A DNA stretch of 64,000 bases from Eubacteriales bacterium. GTDB lineage: Bacteria; Bacillota; Clostridia; Oscillospirales; CAG-272. Position 1 is the stretch's first letter; every line of letters begins with the position of its first letter. Under the pieces are notes generated by a model. The model did not search any database, had not been told where the DNA came from, and was given only the letters and a program-made list of their open reading frames with translations. The stretch is from NCBI GenBank assembly GCA_045643725.1, contig JAZRFQ010000043.1:1677-65676 (forward strand). Reading direction: 5' to 3'. This document shows positions 61,690-64,000 of the stretch, piece by piece. Both the position numbers and the translations under genes were made by a program.

Positions 61690-63858
61690 ATGAAAAAAGT
61701 AAACAATTATTTACATTTAATTTTTCTTGTTTTTCTGTTGATTTCTGCGTTATCCCTGGTAGCGTGTGACTTTTTCTCCCCGACCGAGAAGTGCTCGCAC
61801 GAATCTACGGAGTGGATAATCGACAAGAATCCCACCTGCACTGAAGAGGGTGCAAGACACAACGTCTGCAAGCTCTGCGAGGCTACTCTCAAGAGTGAGT
61901 CTATAAGCAGAACGAAGCACGTTGAGAAGCTCATTCCCGCAGTTTCCGCCACCTGTACCGAGAGCGGTCTTACCGCAGGTAAGGTGTGCGCGAACTGCGA
62001 CACTACACTCGTAATTCAGGCGACCATTCCCACGAGAGGCCATACCGAGATTACCGTAGCGGGCACAAAGCCCACCTGCACAAGCGAAGGTCTCTCCGAT
62101 GGCAAGAAGTGCTCCGTATGTAACACCGTAACTCTTGCACAGAGCGTGCTTCCCATGCTCGACCACGTTGCAAGCGACTGGATCGTCGACAAGAGTGCAG
62201 AGGTAGGCGTGGAGGGCAGTAAGCACAAGGAGTGCGTAAGCTGTCACATCCCTCTCGACACCGCCAGCATCCCTGCGCTCAAGGAAACCCACGTACACGC
62301 AGGTGCTACCTGGAACGTTGTTGTTCCCGCCACCTGCAAGCTTCCCGGCACGAAGAACTTCGTTTGCTCCTGCGGTCTGACAATGGATTCCGCTTCCATT
62401 GACGTTATCCCTCATACTCCGGTGGATATCCCTGCGGTTGCATCTACCTGTATTTCTACCGGTCTTACCACCGGTAAGAAGTGCTCTGCCTGCGATGAGA
62501 TTCTGGTAAGCCAGTCGGTTGTCGCAAAATCCGGCCACACCGAGGAAACTATTCTCGGCTATGCCGCAAGCTGTACCACAACCGGTCTCACCGACGGTAA
62601 GAAGTGCATCGTCTGCACCGCTACAACCCTCGCACAGCAGATCATTCCCGCTACAGGTCACACCTTTGAGGTCGGAGCTTGCAAGGACTGCGGTATCAGC
62701 GAGCCTTACGGCATCTGGATCGTAGACGGTCAGGGCAACCCCATCACCGACGTAATCGTAAAGATCATGAAGGACGGCGAGATGCTCAGCATGTATCCCT
62801 ACAAGGGAGAGTTTCTCTCTCTGCCTCTTGAGAGCGGCAACTATGAGATCGAGCTCGACCTCTCCCAGCTCAAAACAACCTATATCTACGACGAGTCGGT
62901 ATGCGTTCTCACTCCCGAGAAGAGAACCACTACCGTTCGCCTCTTCAAGACGGTTGGCAAGAAGACCACCCTCTTCGTCGGCGCTCCTATTGAGCGTAAC
63001 TATACCGCTAACTTCATCAGCGAGGGAGCAACGAAAATAGACCTTGTTCCCGGCGACTATGCGTTCTTTGTTTTCGAGCCCACATCCCCTGCTATTTACA
63101 CCTTCACTTATGAATGCGACACCGATATCGCTATCAGCTATCACGGCGCATCTCACTTTGTTCAGGGTATAGATCTCACCAACTCCTCTTCGGATACCGC
63201 GAGATATGAGAACGGTATCTCTCTCGACGTATACGCCAGCAACATCGGCGCAAGCTACGTCATAGCTGTTAAGTCTACCACCGCGACCTCCTGTATTCTT
63301 CACATAAAGAACGCGGGCGACCCCGGAACGAGAATCGAGGACGAGCCCTGGACCCCCTACCTTGAGGACGAGAGCGTAGTTGAGGCAGGTCTTGCAGTAG
63401 AAAAGGTCGGCACCTACAACGTAATCGACCTCACCGACCTTTCCATCAAGGCCGTTTACAACGAGACCGACGGCTACTACCATCTCGGTACTGCAGACGG
63501 TCCCATCATCTTCATCGATCTCACCTCCAGCTCCATCTACGTTGCCAGCATTCAAACCATATGCAGTAATCAGTGTATGGGCGAGTACATCTACGATATG
63601 AACGGAAAGGTCGTTGAAAAGCGCAGCTACAATGAGCTCTTCTATCAGTACGGCATGCCCGAGAGCTCTGACGTCATCGTTGACGAGCCGATCAGAGTTC
63701 CTCTGACCGCAAAGCTTGCCCTGGCAATTCAGCGCTTCGGCGACAGTAACGGCTGGTGGAGCGAGACCTCCGAGAGCAACATCTTCACCCAGGCGCTCCT
63801 CGGCGCTCCCTACAACCGCGATTTCGCTTGGCTTCTCTACTGCGGCTACTACAATTAA
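61690..63858 (+). CDS. Secreted or anchored protein with about seven Cys3-His ~40-aa modules plus C-terminal domains paralogous to the upstream lipoprotein
   Basis: The signal sequence with a Cys is LLISALSLVAC. Repeats such as ATCTESGLTAGKVCANCDTTLVIQATIPTRGH follow. The C-terminus carries DGYYHLGTADGPIIFIDL and WLLYCGYYN, also seen in the 58827 gene. Confidence 0.8.
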   Translation: MKKVNNYLHLIFLVFLLISALSLVACDFFSPTEKCSHESTEWIIDKNPTCTEEGARHNVCKLCEATLKSESISRTKHVEKLIPAVSATCTESGLTAGKVCANCDTTLVIQATIPTRGHTEITVAGTKPTCTSEGLSDGKKCSVCNTVTLAQSVLPMLDHVASDWIVDKSAEVGVEGSKHKECVSCHIPLDTASIPALKETHVHAGATWNVVVPATCKLPGTKNFVCSCGLTMDSASIDVIPHTPVDIPAVASTCISTGLTTGKKCSACDEILVSQSVVAKSGHTEETILGYAASCTTTGLTDGKKCIVCTATTLAQQIIPATGHTFEVGACKDCGISEPYGIWIVDGQGNPITDVIVKIMKDGEMLSMYPYKGEFLSLPLESGNYEIELDLSQLKTTYIYDESVCVLTPEKRTTTVRLFKTVGKKTTLFVGAPIERNYTANFISEGATKIDLVPGDYAFFVFEPTSPAIYTFTYECDTDIAISYHGASHFVQGIDLTNSSSDTARYENGISLDVYASNIGASYVIAVKSTTATSCILHIKNAGDPGTRIEDEPWTPYLEDESVVEAGLAVEKVGTYNVIDLTDLSIKAVYNETDGYYHLGTADGPIIFIDLTSSSIYVASIQTICSNQCMGEYIYDMNGKVVEKRSYNELFYQYGMPESSDVIVDEPIRVPLTAKLALAIQRFGDSNGWWSETSESNIFTQALLGAPYNRDFAWLLYCGYYN

Positions 63859-63876
63859 ACAATTTTGGAGGAAATA

Positions 63877-64000
63877 TGAAAAATTCCGTATTGATCAAGA
63901 TTTTTGCAATTCTTTGCATTCTCTGCATGTCGCTCGCGATCTGCGCGTGTGGCGGCGATCAGTCCGATCCTCACGAGCATAGCTTCGTTAATGGCAAATG
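63877..64000 (+). CDS. Lipoprotein, N-terminal fragment only (runs off the right edge)
   Basis: My translation gives MKNSVLIKIFAILCILCMSLAICACGGDQSDPHEHSFVNGK, with an AICAC lipobox. A GGAGG RBS lies upstream, and the gene starts 18 nt after the previous stop. Confidence 0.5.

Noticed and set aside
1-64000. rRNA, tRNA, tmRNA or CRISPR features anywhere in the window
   Set aside because: I saw no stretch with tRNA-like T-arm/acceptor signatures or rRNA-like conserved blocks. Nearly all DNA is covered by protein genes. A covariance-model scan would be needed to exclude small RNAs, especially in 4672-5140 and 16024-16462.

Overview
This is a 64-kb chromosomal window from a moderately GC-rich Firmicutes/Clostridia-type genome. 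That placement rests on SepF, mini-RNase III, SpoIIIJ-type YidC plus Jag, lipobox lipoproteins, GGAGG ribosome-binding sites and near-consensus TTGACA-17-TATAAT promoters. All product calls come from reading motifs in the supplied translations and in my own translations; no database search was possible. I count about 60 protein genes and saw no rRNA, tRNA or CRISPR array.

Layout:
- (1) 1-18.4 kb: a truncated Cys-repeat/LRR surface protein, then housekeeping genes: HAD phosphatase, pcrA, ygiQ, hisS, mrnC, yggS, sepF, lspA, rluD, an M20 amidohydrolase, an amino-acid ABC operon and an ABC-F ATPase.
- (2) 18.4-30.3 kb: 14 tightly coupled co-directional ORFs encoding small and large terminase, portal, scaffold-like, capsid-like and short-tail-like proteins, ending in three membrane proteins. 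No integrase, repressor, replication, tape-measure or endolysin gene occurs anywhere in the window.
- (3) 30.4-42.6 kb: an XPD/DinG-like Fe-S helicase, mtnN-luxS-glyQS-mtaB-hpt on the minus strand, then rpmH-rnpA-yidD-yidC-jag-mnmE plus an RNHCP protein on the plus strand.
- (4) 42.7-64 kb: envelope/accessory block. It holds a 2749-aa subtilisin(S8)+PA+LRR surface protein followed 26 nt later by an atypical Opp-like peptide ABC operon. Diverging from these is an operon with a TlpA-like thioredoxin-fusion lipoprotein, a Cys3-His repeat protein and a further lipoprotein.

Best novelty candidates:
- The structural-only, podovirus-like particle locus, which could be a domesticated GTA-like element or a prophage remnant.
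- The giant protease plus doubly anchored binding protein and uptake system.
- The extracytoplasmic thioredoxin plus Cys-repeat protein operon.
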